A stretch of 63,349 nt of DNA, filler included. It is 9 parts of 9 records of this genome, joined end to end, with 100 filler letters (N's around TTAATTAATTAA, not from the genome) between each part and the next. Parts side by side here need not be neighbours in the genome. Positions count along the whole stretch, not along the records: positions 49,193 to 55,933 come from SRR31156797_33281; positions 56,034 to 63,349 come from SRR31156797_33314; 7 more parts are not named here. One strand, given 5' to 3'. The notes beneath the pieces are model-generated. The model did not search any database. It was not told where the DNA came from and worked only from the letters and a program-made list of their open reading frames with translations. Both the position numbers and the translations under genes were made by a program. This document shows, piece after piece, positions 49,193 to 60,140 of this stretch (position 1 is its first letter; each line of letters starts with the position of its first letter).

Positions 49193-50757
49193 ATTGCAAT
49201 TTTTCCATACTCGGAATCAGAAGCCATTTCTTCGGCGTGTGTAATTAGCTCCCGGCCAAAACCTTTGTGTTGCCAGTCTTTGTTTCCGGCATCTTTTCCC
49301 ACAGCCACAGTTGATCCAAAAATATGTAGCTCCCTGACAAGTGCTGTATTTTGTAACTCTTCTCTGTGAGGCTCATCCGGGAACCTCAATCTCAGGAATC
49401 CTATTAATATGTCTTTTTTAACGTCCTCAAAGGCAATAAAGTGTTCTTTCCCGCCGCAGCAGTCATAGGATTCAACTGTCAACTCTATGTTTTCCATGTC
49501 AGGCTCAATCCCTCTTAGCATATTGTGTCCGACTTCCCGGCATCTGATACAGCGACACTTTCCACCATGTTGTTCCAGGTGTTCATGTGCAAGCTGACGA
49601 ATGTTGCTTTTTCGAACACCTGCAAGTATCTGTGGCGAGGGTATATCTCTTTGTATGCGTTGTAGTCTGACCCATTTAGGTATGAATGATTTTATCCTTG
49701 ACAGTAACAATGTAGCTTCATCATCTGTCAGGGCATCATATTTGCCCTGCTTCCACATCTCATGCAGTTCTGTTCCTTCGGTAACAAGGGTGGGATATAT
49801 CTTGAGATAATCCGGCCTGAATTCCGGATTATTAAAAAGTCGTTTAAATATCCTTTCATCCATCTCCACATCGGTTCCCGGAAGGCCGGGCATCATATGG
49901 AATCCAACTTTTAAGGCACTATCTCTCAGGGCACGATTGGCCTCAATGCTGTCGGCAACAGTGTGACCCCGCCTCATTCTTTCAAGAATAAAATCATAGG
50001 TACTCTGTACTCCGATTTCAACCTTTGTTGCTCCAAGTTCCAGCATCTTGTCGATGTGCGGTCCTTTTGTCCAGTCCGGACGTGTTTCAAATGTGATGCC
50101 GGTATTCCTGACCTCAGCTGTTTCATTTGCCTTCTGGACGTCTTCAATCGTATAATATGGAATTGTTTTTCCTATGGGACTTGCCTGTTCTCTCCAGGAA
50201 TCTCCATAGAAATCATTCATTGCCTCAAGGCATCGTTTAGTGTACCATTCCTGGTAGTCTATGGACCTTGCAGAAAAAGTCCCTCCCATGACAATGAGCT
50301 CGGCCTTTTTTACCTCATGTCCTATCTGTTTTAGTTGGGTAAGCCGGTTAGTCACTATTTTGTAAGGATCGTATTCAAACTGCATGGCTCTCATGGTGGA
50401 AGGTTCCCTTCCCATGTAGCTCTGTGGTGAATGAAATTCTGATTCCGGGCCGCCAGGGCATGGAAGGCAGATTCCATGAGGGCAGGGTGCAGGTGATGTC
50501 ATTGCTGCGATTACGGCAACACCCGATATGGTTCGCACGGGTTTGCGCTGGAGTATTGCACGGACCCTTTCCTGTTCTTCATCGTTTCCCGAAATAATTA
50601 TGTCTGCATTTTTCGGGAGGGTTGAAAGACGAAAACTTTTAGCAATCTTTTTCTTTGCTACATTTAACTGCTTTTCATCAGTTATGCTACCTTCCAGTAC
50701 CATATCCAGTATTTTCCGGCAGCCTTTTTGAAAATCGTCTGTGTTGTTGTCTGTCAT
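49193..50757 (-). CDS. elp3: tRNA U34 acetyltransferase Elp3 (radical SAM + GNAT), 3' truncated
   Basis: RTISGVA, CPHGICLPC, PQSY, ETRPD, RIQRDIP, WQHKGFG. Confidence 0.95.
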
Positions 50758-50794
50758 TCAAACCATCAATGTTTAAAAATATGAACTCTGCAGT

Positions 50795-51823
50795 TTACTG
50801 GCAGAATCCTGCAACGAGAGCTTCAAGCTGTATCCGATCGTTTGCACTTTCAGTCAGGTAGAAATCAGTGTCAGCTATCTTGGTGACCCACCTGGCAATG
50901 ATATCATCCGGTTCATTGTAGTTAACTGCGGTCTTATGAAGCTCCAGCAGTATTTCCTGTCCTGAAAGACCCTCTTCAAGTATCAGCGCATCAATGTATT
51001 TTCTGGATTCAAGCACATTTTTTGCAATAATTGATTCAAAGAGCTTCGTAACGTTCTCTGATTGCTCTCCAAGGGTTGCATCGTAGATCTGCTGTGGTCC
51101 TATACTTTCAGTCTCCGGCTGAATTGATGCTATCTGGAGTGTATTCAATGCCTTTGCAATGTTTCCTCTTGCATGATACACCAGTGCATCAATGCCATCA
51201 GTGTCAACTGTCAGACCCTCTGTCTCAATGACGGATGATATAAATTTTGCAAGCTTATCGTGGGAAACATGAGTAAAGAATAGCTGCAATCCTCTTGACC
51301 TCAAAGGTGCTATTAGTTTTGAGGGTTGGGTGGTCGAGAGAATAAAACGACACGTTGTCGTATATTTCTCCATAATTCTTCTTAAGGCATGTTGTGCATC
51401 AGAATTGAGAGATTCGGCATTGTCTATGAAAATTATCTTGTAATCTGCATCCATTGGCGCCATGCCTGCATATTCATTGATGACTTCCTTGAATACGTAT
51501 ATCACGCTATGGCTGATCTTCTTCGGGTCATCTGTCCCGAGAATACGCAGGAATCTCTTGTCTCTCACAAGGTAACTCTTTCCCTGCTCAAAGAAATCAG
51601 ATGCATTAAAATATGCCATGTTGCGCTCGTAACCCTCGCCATATAGCTCAAAGGCAAGTGCAAAGGCTGTACTTGACTTGCCTGAGTTTTCCGGTCCATG
51701 GAATACAAGGTGTGGAAGGTTGTTGGACTCTACCAGCTTACTGATCATTTCCAGGGATTGTTCATTTCCAACGATGTCCTCCAGGGTTTTAGGCCGGTAT
51801 TTTACAGTCCACAGGTCCTTCAA
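50795..51823 (-). CDS. Replication factor C small subunit, second (RFCS2-type) paralogue
   Basis: WTVKYRPKTL, NASD, ALRRIMEKY, PLRSR; altered Walker motifs. Confidence 0.85.
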   Translation of the reverse strand: MKDLWTVKYRPKTLEDIVGNEQSLEMISKLVESNNLPHLVFHGPENSGKSSTAFALAFELYGEGYERNMAYFNASDFFEQGKSYLVRDKRFLRILGTDDPKKISHSVIYVFKEVINEYAGMAPMDADYKIIFIDNAESLNSDAQHALRRIMEKYTTTCRFILSTTQPSKLIAPLRSRGLQLFFTHVSHDKLAKFISSVIETEGLTVDTDGIDALVYHARGNIAKALNTLQIASIQPETESIGPQQIYDATLGEQSENVTKLFESIIAKNVLESRKYIDALILEEGLSGQEILLELHKTAVNYNEPDDIIARWVTKIADTDFYLTESANDRIQLEALVAGFCQ

Positions 51824-51837
51824 TAGATCACTTCTCC

Positions 51838-53529
51838 TTATTCTGCATCTACTGCTTCTGATACAAGTACTTCATGTATTACTTTTCCGTATACAGGTCT
51901 TGCGATCAGGATTCCTATAAGTACTCCCACAATGGTCGTGATGGCAAATCCTTTAAGCGCACCAAATCCCATGACGACCAGAGGTGACATTGCAATAATG
52001 GTTGTTGCAGCTGCTGCAAATATTATTCCGAATGCTTTTGTTATCCTTGAAAGGTAGACCTTTCTCGGAGGTAGCTTTCCTTCGTACAGCACTTCGTCTG
52101 TGATTATCACCAGGTGGTCGATTCCGGTTCCTATGGCTGCAATGATACCTGCAATACTTGCAAGATCAAGCTGCCACCCGATTGCAGATGCAAATCCGAG
52201 TATCATTATTACTTCGCTGATGGAAGTGCTCACCATTGGTACGAGAATAGCTGGCTTGTGGTATTTCCTGAATACTACTAAAGCAACAGCAAGCAGTGCA
52301 AGAAGTCCTGCGATGACAGCCTGTGTCTTGAACTGTTGTCCAAGGGTTGCATCAACATGTCCAGAACCCATTATTTCTACTTTTACAGGTAATGCACCGG
52401 CTCTTAAGTGAATTTGCAGTTCCTCTGCCTGTGTCTTACTTTCATCATCGGGTCCGGTGGATGCCTGCCATGAGTAAATAGGTGTTGAGGCAAGTCTTGC
52501 TGCTGCAGAATAACTAAGAGGTGCACTGTAAACCTCATTCTCGTCGAGGTACATCACAAGGTTATGTGACATAGGGTCAGTTGTAGCACCGGTCTCAATG
52601 GCAACTTCCTGAAGCGCAAGAGCTCCGTCTTCCGTTAATGTGAATGGTACATACCATTGTCCGTCTGCTTCATGGAATCCTACAATGCTGACAGATTCGA
52701 TCTCATCTCCATAAAGGGCATGTTTTGACTCGTTACCCTGGGTTATAATTCTTATTTCGAATTTCCCGGGTTTTTCAGCAATGTTCTTTGCTGTTGCAAG
52801 ATCTATTCCTGCAAAGTCAATGAGTATATAATCGTCACCTACGGTTTTTACCGGGATGTCCTTAAGACCAAGGGAATTGAGTTTATCGCTCAGGATATCT
52901 TTTGTCATATCCCTTGTTTCTGTTGTAACACCTTCCTTGTAGATTGCATCACCGTTGCTGTCAGTCTCAATGGAACCACCAACGTTTGCCATGAGTTCTT
53001 CAAGTTCTTCCTGGTTGACTGCGGTTCGTATTTCATATTCGATTCCATCGGAAACAAGTGTAGGCAGAACTTCTGCTTTGAGTGAATCAGCAAGGTACGA
53101 ACTTATCAGTGTTGACTTTGATGTGTGCATTATCACATTGGTGACATTGTTACTTCGGGATATTGTTGCCTGTCCCACTCCAAGCTGATCCATCTGGGTA
53201 TTTGTGAGTATTGAAGATGAAGAAAACTTAATTGTAGTATCATCGTCTTCCTCCTCAACAGATATGATCTCAACTTCCTCTCCAAGATTGATATTGACTA
53301 TTTCCTTCATGAGCAGGCCATTGTCAGCGTCAAGCTGGGCAACAGCACCCTGAAGTCTTAGTTGTAACCAGGAACCACCTTCAAGATCAAGCCCGTAATT
53401 AAGGTTAGTTGTAAATCCTTCATCAGAGGAATATCCGGGGTGTATGAATATTATTGATCCGAGAATTGCAAGGATGAAAATTATTACTCTGGCATCCTTG
53501 AATAAACTCTGTTTTTCATCGTCCTTCAT
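51838..53529 (-). CDS. secD: Protein-export membrane protein SecD (archaeal)
   Basis: YGLDLEGG, LRAGALPV, IGTGIDHLVII; ATG overlaps the secF stop (ATGA). Confidence 0.95.
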   Translation of the reverse strand: MKDDEKQSLFKDARVIIFILAILGSIIFIHPGYSSDEGFTTNLNYGLDLEGGSWLQLRLQGAVAQLDADNGLLMKEIVNINLGEEVEIISVEEEDDDTTIKFSSSSILTNTQMDQLGVGQATISRSNNVTNVIMHTSKSTLISSYLADSLKAEVLPTLVSDGIEYEIRTAVNQEELEELMANVGGSIETDSNGDAIYKEGVTTETRDMTKDILSDKLNSLGLKDIPVKTVGDDYILIDFAGIDLATAKNIAEKPGKFEIRIITQGNESKHALYGDEIESVSIVGFHEADGQWYVPFTLTEDGALALQEVAIETGATTDPMSHNLVMYLDENEVYSAPLSYSAAARLASTPIYSWQASTGPDDESKTQAEELQIHLRAGALPVKVEIMGSGHVDATLGQQFKTQAVIAGLLALLAVALVVFRKYHKPAILVPMVSTSISEVIMILGFASAIGWQLDLASIAGIIAAIGTGIDHLVIITDEVLYEGKLPPRKVYLSRITKAFGIIFAAAATTIIAMSPLVVMGFGALKGFAITTIVGVLIGILIARPVYGKVIHEVLVSEAVDAE

Positions 53530-54428
53530 GCTTTGCGCCTCCTTGTTCCGGCGTTGGCTACATGCCATCTGAGTATGGATGTGTTAAGCAACCATGTATT
53601 CATCATATCGGCTATCAGTCCGAATATCAGGACGATGGATATGTTTGACAGAAGTGTAATTTGTGATAGTGATGAGCTTAAAAGGTATGCGTAGGTTGAT
53701 ACAATATACATCACTGTTAGTGCAGCAAGGGTCGTGGTTGTCATTGTTATACCGGTATGCATTGCATTGGTAATGTTTTCCTGTGGGGTACCACGTCTTT
53801 TAAGCACCCTTGTGGTAAGCAATATGTCACTGTCTACCGAGTAACCGATAAGCATTAACAGGGCTGCTACGGTTCCAAGAGATAGCTCAATTCCCAGTAT
53901 ATTCATGAAAGCAGCTGCAATAGTTATGTCTGAAAGTGCTGAAACAACAACTGCAAGGGAAGGTACCACTGTCCTGAATATCAAGAAGACAACTAATGCC
54001 ATGCCTATGAATGATATAATTACAGCTTTTATGGCCTGTTTCTGCAGTGATTCACCGTAAACCGGTCCAATCTGGTTTATTTCCACATTCTCGTATGAAT
54101 CTATTACTCCACTGATCAGCTCTTGCTGTAATTCTTCACTCATTGGTCCGAATTGCATTATGACACGTGATCCGGTCTGTCTGACATCAGTGAGGGGGTA
54201 ATCTGCATACTTTTGTTCAATTGATGACACACTTTCCCCGGTTGCCACAGAGATTAGTGTACCACCTTTAAATTCCATTCCTAGCTTTACAGGTGCACCA
54301 CTGCTTGCAAACATAGCTGCAAGTATCAACAATGATATTGCAAAAATAGCAAGTGGTATGGCTGCAAGCTGACGATCGTTATGTTTTCTGACAAAAGAAT
54401 CTAAACGTTCAGTCAAACCGACTTCCAT
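53526..54428 (-). CDS. secF: Protein-export membrane protein SecF (archaeal)
   Basis: LGMEFKGGT, LMLIGYSVDSDILLT. Confidence 0.95.
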   Translation of the reverse strand: MEVGLTERLDSFVRKHNDRQLAAIPLAIFAISLLILAAMFASSGAPVKLGMEFKGGTLISVATGESVSSIEQKYADYPLTDVRQTGSRVIMQFGPMSEELQQELISGVIDSYENVEINQIGPVYGESLQKQAIKAVIISFIGMALVVFLIFRTVVPSLAVVVSALSDITIAAAFMNILGIELSLGTVAALLMLIGYSVDSDILLTTRVLKRRGTPQENITNAMHTGITMTTTTLAALTVMYIVSTYAYLLSSSLSQITLLSNISIVLIFGLIADMMNTWLLNTSILRWHVANAGTRRRKA

Positions 54429-54538
54429 GCTTTTATACTCCGGGAATAATAGCTTAACAATTCCTTATAAATTATTGAATTGATAAATACTCTCTTACAC
54501 TATAACTTATATATACCACTTACTGCCTCTCTTATGCA

Positions 54539-55000
54539 ATGACTGACAGGCCAAGTATAGATGAGTATTTGCTTGAGATCGCGACCGTTGTGGCTAAACG
54601 TTCCACCTGTCTTAGAAATAAGGTAGGCGCTGTGATCGCCAGGGATAAACGCATACTTTCCACGGGATATAATGGTGCTCCAAGGAATATGGCTCATTGT
54701 CTTGATATAGGCTGCATCAGGGAGCAAAACAACATCGCTTCAGGCACACGCCATGAAAAATGTCGTGCTGTTCATGCTGAGCAGAACGCTATTATCCAGG
54801 CAGCTCTTCATGGAGTAAGTACCGATGGTGCAACGCTTTACTGCACCCATCAGCCATGCATACTGTGTACCAAGATGATAATTAATTCTAATATCAAAAG
54901 GGTAGTTTATATCCAGCCTTATCCTGATACCGATGCCCTTGATTTCTTCTCGGATTCCGGTGTCGAGGTTATCAATATAGCAATCTCAGACTTTGCTTAA
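54539..55000 (+). CDS. dCMP deaminase (ComEB-like)
   Basis: RSTC, GYNG, HAEQN, PCILC zinc motifs. Confidence 0.92.
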   Translation: MTDRPSIDEYLLEIATVVAKRSTCLRNKVGAVIARDKRILSTGYNGAPRNMAHCLDIGCIREQNNIASGTRHEKCRAVHAEQNAIIQAALHGVSTDGATLYCTHQPCILCTKMIINSNIKRVVYIQPYPDTDALDFFSDSGVEVINIAISDFA

Positions 55001-55747
55001 ACAGCGAAGTCCTTTTTTTACTATATCTTCCCGCTCACTGCGGTACATTTCTTTTATTGAGCCTTCTTCTGACCGAAGCTCAAGTCCTCTGACAATAACT
55101 ACAGGATATCCTCCGTCACCTTCTCCCATGAGCAGATTTGCTGCCCCTGCAATCTCATCTGCTATGGCTTCCTCGGTGATTTCCAGAGTATTGCCAAAAA
55201 GATCTTTCTGTCCTTTCCAGTTCATAATCGGATGAATTTTGTACACGCCAACGGCAATGCCAGTTTGCCCGATTTTAAACGCTCTGCCGTTGGTGTCTGT
55301 TACAATGATACTGACTTTCTTTCCGGTCTGCTTTTCTATTTTCTCTCCGATGAGTCCTGCACTCTGGTCGGGATCAGTAGGAAGGTCTGCAAGGTATCCT
55401 TTGTCAACATTTGAGTCATCGATCCCGGCTTTTATACAAACATGTCCGTTGTCGGTTTCTACAAGAAGTATCGGGAATTCCACAAGAATCTCATGACTAC
55501 GGTCAAGTACTGCCTGTACGAATCTCGGATCCAGTCCATGATGCATATTTGCAATCCTTTCTGCATCATTGCATGCAGTTATATCTTCAAGCCTGAACAT
55601 CCTGCCATTAGCTTTTGAAATGATGGTGGATGCTATGACTATGATATCATTGTCTTGAATTTCTGTTTTTTCACAGATGATCGATGCAATATCATCTCCC
55701 TCATTTATCAGGGGGATGTTCTCGACAGTAAATACCTGCATGTTCAA
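54986..55747 (-). CDS. cofE: Coenzyme F420-0:L-glutamate ligase
   Basis: [36 protein letters not shown]. Confidence 0.95.
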   Translation of the reverse strand: MNMQVFTVENIPLINEGDDIASIICEKTEIQDNDIIVIASTIISKANGRMFRLEDITACNDAERIANMHHGLDPRFVQAVLDRSHEILVEFPILLVETDNGHVCIKAGIDDSNVDKGYLADLPTDPDQSAGLIGEKIEKQTGKKVSIIVTDTNGRAFKIGQTGIAVGVYKIHPIMNWKGQKDLFGNTLEITEEAIADEIAGAANLLMGEGDGGYPVVIVRGLELRSEEGSIKEMYRSEREDIVKKGLRCLSKV

Positions 55748-56033
55748 TTAGGATTCTCCGGACGTATACGTTCTTTGTTACTTCAATTACACTCCAATGT
55801 TAAATAAGGATGTGATGGTTTGGCTCTGTAAAAAATCTGCTAAATAAACTTTTGACTCAGCATTTTTCGATAGCTACATTATTTCTTTACTCTTCAGGAT
55901 AGTAGTGAAGGAACGCGCCGCCTGCGGCGGGTGNNNNNNNNNNNNNNNNNNNNNNNNNNNNNNNNNNNNNNNNNNNNTTAATTAATTAANNNNNNNNNNN
56001 NNNNNNNNNNNNNNNNNNNNNNNNNNNNNNNNN

Positions 56034-56150
56034 TAAAGGGATGGTAAAAAGAGAGGCGAGAATCAGGCCCCCGGTTCTTAAATCATATCGGTAAATCCGG
56101 TTTTCATCTGACCCGGAGAAGCGGGATGCTCCGATTTTTATTTTGCTCAT
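56034..56150 (-). CDS. Hypothetical protein N-terminus (3' truncated, absent from the ORF track)
   Basis: AAGGAG RBS, then MSKIKIGASRFSGSDENRIYRYDLRTGGLILASLFTIPL open to the contig edge. Confidence 0.65.
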
Positions 56151-56185
56151 AAGTAACTCCTTTGTGTTTGGCAGCCTATTGCATT

Positions 56186-57367
56186 TTATATTTCGTAATT
56201 GGCCATAAGCCTGGCTATTTCCCGCTCTATGGTTTTGGAAATATCAACCCTATAATTATCTATATTGTCATAATAGCTTTTGATCAGATCCAGATCTTCA
56301 TCGTCTGTTTCTTCCATCTCTTTAATAGTCGATTTCAATTTCTTGACAGCTTTTTCTTTCCGACTGTCAAGAAGGTACAGATCACTCAGAAAAACAAGGG
56401 TTTCCCCGACTTCCCATTCCTCAAAAAGGAAGGTCAGGCTTTTTTCAGCCTCCAGGAGATTTCCCGCTTTGACATAACACAGGGCCATACCGTGAAGATC
56501 GACGGGATCGCCGAAATCATTATAGGCTGTCCGGAATTGTTTCAACGCCTCTTCCGTCTCTCCTTTCCGGAAATAGACATATGCCAAACGGGATACCAGA
56601 TCGCTGTAAAAATTCAGCCGTTTGTCCCGGATTTTTTCCGCCTGGTCAATGGCTTTCCGGAGTTCCGATCCGGCATATTCCCAGTCTTCCTTTTTTTCAT
56701 AGTCCCAGGCCTGTTTATAATAACATTCCGCCAGCACAAATATCTCTTTGGGTGATTTATTCCTGATCATTTCCAGTTTACGGATTTTTTCCCTCCGTCC
56801 CCGTTCTCCCTGATTTATTTGAAGCGACATTTTTGAGGGATTTTCCGAAGAAGCGCGATAGCTCATATAAGCGGCCAGATCGGGTAGGAAATGTTCATCA
56901 TCCTCACTCAGCTTGATGTAATTGACATGATAGGGAAGCAGCGTTTTCTCCCGGATTTTCTTCCCGGCCAAAAACAGATTAAAGGCCGAATGGGTCGATC
57001 CCTGAATATAGACTTTACGGGTCTCCATATCCGAATAGTCCGCGCATCTTTTGACAAGTCTGAAGAGCCATGAAGACGAGACTGTCTGATCTTTTCTATT
57101 AATCACAACTTTCTTTTTCAACAATCTGGTTCCCCAAACTATACCGGCCGAAAGGATCAGGGCAATTATGAAAGATAGAGAAAGCAGCTGAGAAAGCTGC
57201 TGCGTGTGGAATCTTTTAGTCGATATTACTATTGCCCCGAATCCGAAATAAAAAAATAGAGCCATTCCGGGAAAGAAGATCCAGGTAAATTGGGCATTTT
57301 CAAAACGAGTTATCATATGGTCGTTGAGAACCTTGAATCTTTTTTGTCCGATATTGATTGTCTTCAT
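56186..57367 (-). CDS. Membrane protein (2 TM) with C-terminal TPR-like repeats
   Basis: AGGAG RBS; LAYVYFRKGETEEALKQF and MALCYVKAGNLLEAEKSL TPR-like helices. Confidence 0.75.
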   Translation of the reverse strand: MKTINIGQKRFKVLNDHMITRFENAQFTWIFFPGMALFFYFGFGAIVISTKRFHTQQLSQLLSLSFIIALILSAGIVWGTRLLKKKVVINRKDQTVSSSWLFRLVKRCADYSDMETRKVYIQGSTHSAFNLFLAGKKIREKTLLPYHVNYIKLSEDDEHFLPDLAAYMSYRASSENPSKMSLQINQGERGRREKIRKLEMIRNKSPKEIFVLAECYYKQAWDYEKKEDWEYAGSELRKAIDQAEKIRDKRLNFYSDLVSRLAYVYFRKGETEEALKQFRTAYNDFGDPVDLHGMALCYVKAGNLLEAEKSLTFLFEEWEVGETLVFLSDLYLLDSRKEKAVKKLKSTIKEMEETDDEDLDLIKSYYDNIDNYRVDISKTIEREIARLMANYEI

Positions 57368-57519
57368 TTATTCTCCTTTTCCAGATTTATACCTATTTCA
57401 GCCCCATCTCTAACATTATAGCCGTTATTTGAGAAGTAAAATCACCATAGAAGTCCCTGATATCAGTTCGGAACAGGCAATGAATGGCAATAATCCGACA
57501 GATCTAATACTGACAACGC

Positions 57520-59442
57520 TTAATAGGAAACAACATAATATAATACCCCCAGGGACGTAACAGCCGGAGCCGTGTAGTAGAACAGTGGATTTTCTGCCAA
57601 CTTTTCTCTCAATACGACTCCACTGATGAGTCCTCCGAGAAACCCGATAAGAGCGCCTATGATAAAGCTGGCCGGCTTGCTGTCTATCAAGAATCCCGAC
57701 TCATGGGGAGTGAACGCCGCAAATATCAATCCTGTTCCCACAGCGCATACCATTCCCATAAACAGGGATCCGTTTATCCCTACAAAAGGATTATAAGCCA
57801 GTTTCTCCCTGCCCAGATAGGAAAGGCCCAGCCAGATCAGGGGAATGGCAAGTTTGAAAATAACAGCGGCAGTCTGTTTTTTCTTCTGATCTTTTTCCCA
57901 TTCCTGATAAAAATTGATTTTTGCCTGATACTCGGCTCCAAAGTCTTCGGAGGCAAGAAAATAGGAATGGAGTTCCGGCGATTCTGTCTGCATTCTTTCA
58001 AGGGCGGACTTGCTTTCCAGAACCATATCCACCGGCCTTTTACCATCATCCTCGGCCTCGATCAGATAATCGGCCCCTTTTTGAATCAGCTCATAGGCAA
58101 AATCAAAGTATCTGTTGCCAGGGCCAAGGGCGATACGGAGCGGTGTATACCCATCCCGGTTCCTGCTGTTGACGTATTTTTCCGGTATGGGTAAAAGATC
58201 CCATATATCCGAAGCTTCCATATAGGTATAGTCAAACAATATACTTTTCCCTTCCAGACTCTTCTGTTCAGGATCAGCTCCATTCTCCAGGAGGAAACGC
58301 GTCACTATCCTATTACGGGCGGCAGTGAACAGATAGGGTTCCCCATCTTCGTCCAGGGCGTTTACTTCGGCGCCTCCATTCACTAGAGCCTGTAACACTT
58401 CTATCTTTCCCCGGTATGTACGCTTCAAGGCTTCACCCAGAGGAGTCTCTCCGGAAAGGGATCTCACATTGGGATCGGCTCCTGCCTGCAGTAGCAGTTC
58501 AACAGCTTCCGCTGTGTCGGCCAGGTGGATCGGATAGATACCGTTATCATTAGGAACATTTACATCAGGTTTATAACGCATTAAAGAGGGGATGAGCAAT
58601 TGGCATCCGGGATTTTTCAGGGCATGGTGCAGTACGGTGTTTCCGTTCAGGGATGGAATGCTTAGGTCTGAATGGTTGTCCATAAGGAAGGTCAGAAGTT
58701 CTTCCGTAGGCCGCAGAGTAGAGAAAACCGCGTTTATAAGAGTTTCTCCTCTGTCATTTCCCGCATTTAAATCCATTCCAGCCTCAAGCAGCATTTTCAA
58801 TATTTCCAGATTACCGTTTTGAGCGGCTTCAAAAAGGATATCCGGATTTTCCAGAGAAACCTGGTGTTTCAGCAACAATTTCACCATTTCAGTCTGACCT
58901 GAGGAAACCGCCAGTAATAGGGGAGTCCCATTTTGATTATCAACAGCATTAATATCCGTTCCACGATTTATCAAAACCTCTGCCAGATTGAGAGAGAAAG
59001 GATACGATTCCTCACAAAGATAATGCAGGTAGCTGCGATTTCGTACACCTTTCAAATGAGGATCAAGATCCGAAGAGACGAGTCTGGCTGCAAGGGGTTC
59101 CAGTTCTCTATCTTTGCGAAGCATTATGAGTACATGGTAAAAATAGGTTTTACCGGTAACCGGGTAAGGCTTAAGGTGAGCTCCTTTATCCAGAAGAAAA
59201 AGCAGGGTCTTAAGATCAACCCTTTCATTGAATGGTCCAAGATGTTCCAGAGTGGCATAGAGCATTTCCGGATAATCCTCAAGCAGGGAGGGCCAGCCGC
59301 CGTGAGAATCAGCTAGAGCCTCAAGTCCCTGAAGGTCATTCACCCATAGGAGCTCATTTACATCCTGTTTCAAGTCTTTTCCATATGCAAGCATTTGTTG
59401 AAAAAACAAAATGACACAGAATCCGATAAGTTTATTTTTCAT
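57520..59442 (-). CDS. Ankyrin-repeat protein with signal peptide and C-terminal TM helices
   Basis: GTPLLLAV, GNTVLHHA, GETPL, GYTPL repeats; hydrophobic C-terminus. Confidence 0.88.
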   Translation of the reverse strand: MKNKLIGFCVILFFQQMLAYGKDLKQDVNELLWVNDLQGLEALADSHGGWPSLLEDYPEMLYATLEHLGPFNERVDLKTLLFLLDKGAHLKPYPVTGKTYFYHVLIMLRKDRELEPLAARLVSSDLDPHLKGVRNRSYLHYLCEESYPFSLNLAEVLINRGTDINAVDNQNGTPLLLAVSSGQTEMVKLLLKHQVSLENPDILFEAAQNGNLEILKMLLEAGMDLNAGNDRGETLINAVFSTLRPTEELLTFLMDNHSDLSIPSLNGNTVLHHALKNPGCQLLIPSLMRYKPDVNVPNDNGIYPIHLADTAEAVELLLQAGADPNVRSLSGETPLGEALKRTYRGKIEVLQALVNGGAEVNALDEDGEPYLFTAARNRIVTRFLLENGADPEQKSLEGKSILFDYTYMEASDIWDLLPIPEKYVNSRNRDGYTPLRIALGPGNRYFDFAYELIQKGADYLIEAEDDGKRPVDMVLESKSALERMQTESPELHSYFLASEDFGAEYQAKINFYQEWEKDQKKKQTAAVIFKLAIPLIWLGLSYLGREKLAYNPFVGINGSLFMGMVCAVGTGLIFAAFTPHESGFLIDSKPASFIIGALIGFLGGLISGVVLREKLAENPLFYYTAPAVTSLGVLYYVVSY

Positions 59443-59456
59443 AGACTCATCCCCTG

Positions 59457-60140
59457 CTACTTCATATAAACAATGTATTTTTCACGGATACGTATCTTAT
59501 CGCTGAAGATTATTTCTCTGGTGGGGCGGTGCTTTTCATCGTATTGATAATGGTAGACATAGTTGCCTGAGGAAAAGAAGTAATCGTCAGAATAGATTTG
59601 CTCCAACGTCACCGGATCGTACCATGTCCTGGTAAAACCGTCTTCGCCTTTATTCCATGTTCTGTATAAGGCGATCAATTCATTGGAGTCATAATTATAT
59701 TGGTAGGTTTCCGTCAAATGGCTTTCGGAAGAAACCTGATTGATAACGATATATTCGGGAATCCCGTCTATATAGGATATTATTTTCTCCTCTATGGATT
59801 GATCCGTTTTATGATCCTGATTTTCTATTCGTTCTTCGTAGTCAAAGGATTCTCTGGGATAGTAGGTGCTTAAATCCGGTAGTAAAGGGCTGCTCGTTTC
59901 TATCACATCCTGATGGGCTGAATAAAATACCTGCTGGCCTCGATTATACAGCTTAATTTCAAAAGCATCGTTACTGCCCGAGTTCGTATACCATTGGATC
60001 GCCTCCAGTCGATCCTGGGCCGCTGCAGAAGCATGACAGAATATAAGAGTAAGTAATAGAAAAGTTGAAGAGTTCCTTTTCAAGAAATTCCTCCGCCCCT
60101 TAAGTCTGTCCGTCATCGTGTCAATCTCAGTCAGGTTCAT
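59457..60140 (-). CDS. Hypothetical exported Tyr-rich protein (start uncertain)
   Basis: Signal-like FLLLTLIFCHASAAA; ATG 60140 overlaps the upstream stop (ATGA). Confidence 0.6.
   Translation of the reverse strand: MNLTEIDTMTDRLKGRRNFLKRNSSTFLLLTLIFCHASAAAQDRLEAIQWYTNSGSNDAFEIKLYNRGQQVFYSAHQDVIETSSPLLPDLSTYYPRESFDYEERIENQDHKTDQSIEEKIISYIDGIPEYIVINQVSSESHLTETYQYNYDSNELIALYRTWNKGEDGFTRTWYDPVTLEQIYSDDYFFSSGNYVYHYQYDEKHRPTREIIFSDKIRIREKYIVYMK

Noticed and set aside
49193-55933. Pyrrolysine read-through in the Methanosarcinales-like contig, and the GC-rich palindrome at 55915-55933
   Set aside because: The genes show no internal TAG; the palindrome is truncated and single copy here
6964-56033. 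Recurrent TTAATTAATTAA and cross-contig gene neighbourhoods (for example fdh with the FNT channel, or FNT with the hzs-like operon)
   Set aside because: The linkers are artificial; adjacent contigs come from different organisms, so no linkage can be inferred
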